Below, in pieces: positions 63,401-64,000 of a DNA stretch of 64,000 bases. A program made the position numbers and the translations under genes. How positions within the stretch are numbered: position 1 is the first letter of the stretch; each line of letters begins with the position of its first letter. The notes below the pieces were generated by a model. That model made no database searches and was not told the DNA's origin. It saw nothing but the letters and a program-made list of their open reading frames with translations. This DNA comes from Heterodontus francisci (lineage: Eukaryota): the NCBI RefSeq assembly GCF_036365525.1, contig NC_090378.1:124481593-124545592 (forward strand). Direction: 5' to 3'.

Positions 63401-64000
63401 GATGTATCTGAGTACACAGACTGGATTGTGAAGTGTGATGTATCTGAGTATACAGACTGGATTGTGAAGTGTGATGTATCTGAGTACACAGACTGGATTG
63501 TGAAGTGTGATGTACCAGAGTACAGAGACTGGATTGTTAAGTGTGATGTATCTGAGTACACAGACTGGACTGTGAAGTGTGATGTATCTGAGTACACAGA
63601 CTGGATTGTGAAGTGTGATGTACCAGAGTACAGAGACTGGATTGTGAAGTGTGATGTATCTGAGTACACAGACTGGATTGTGAAGTGTGATGTATCTGAG
63701 TACACAGACTGGATTGTGAAGTGTGATGTACCAGAGTACACAGACTGGATTGTGAAGTGTGATGTATCTGAGTACACAGACTGGATTGTGAAGTGTGATG
63801 TATCTGAGTACACAGACTGGATTGTGAAGTGTGATGTACCAGAGTACACAGACTGGATTGTGAAGTGTGATGTACCAGAGTACAGAGACTGGATTGTGAA
63901 GTGTGATGTATGAGTACACAGACTGGATTGTTAAGTGTGATGTATCTGAGTACACAGACTACATTGTGAAGTGTGATGTACCAGAGTACAGAGACTGGAT
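54420..64000. repeat. 36-bp tandem minisatellite (>260 copies, runs off the window end)
   Basis: Unit CTGGATTGTGAAGTGTGATGTACCTGAGTACACAGA, which produces 12-aa periodic ORFs on both strands. Confidence 0.98.

Noticed and set aside
54313-63955. Giant ORFs (up to 2675 aa) with 12-aa periodicity
   Set aside because: They are by-products of a stop-poor 36-bp tandem unit, open on both strands and in several frames, with no domain or splice context.
1-64000. CRISPR-like interpretation of the 34-61 bp periodic arrays
   Set aside because: The units are head-to-tail with no unique spacers, there are no cas genes, and the context is vertebrate.

Overview
Vertebrate, almost certainly cartilaginous-fish (shark) genomic DNA. 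The only host gene I can support is part of an immunoglobulin kappa-type light-chain cluster (shark type III / NS4-like) on the + strand. It has an unrearranged J segment (8665-8699, FTFGKGTKLRL) preceded by a 23-bp-spacer RSS (8626-8664), a 7.7-kb intron, and an intact C exon (16366-16694) that splices in frame and is followed by AATAAA signals. No leader or V exon is recognisable anywhere in the window, although a 178-N gap lies about 0.55 kb upstream of J. Four large minisatellite arrays (61, 45, 34 and 36 bp units) cover about a third of the window and generate all the giant repetitive ORFs. Most of the remainder is transposable elements: many CR1-group LINEs (some nested), Tx1/L1-clade LINEs (one young copy with a 12-bp TSD), DeuSINE-like SINEs, two hAT elements with 8-bp TSDs, Gypsy and retrovirus-like pol relics, and a decayed Harbinger-type Myb/SANT gene. 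A ~1.5-kb piece of the J-C intron recurs 35.5 kb downstream, possibly a relic of a duplicated light-chain cluster. I found no convincing novel biological system. The best leads are the V-less J-C unit, the duplicated intron block, and speculative RSS-like and switch-like motifs. Family assignments come from motif recognition, not database searches, and TE boundaries without TSDs are approximate.
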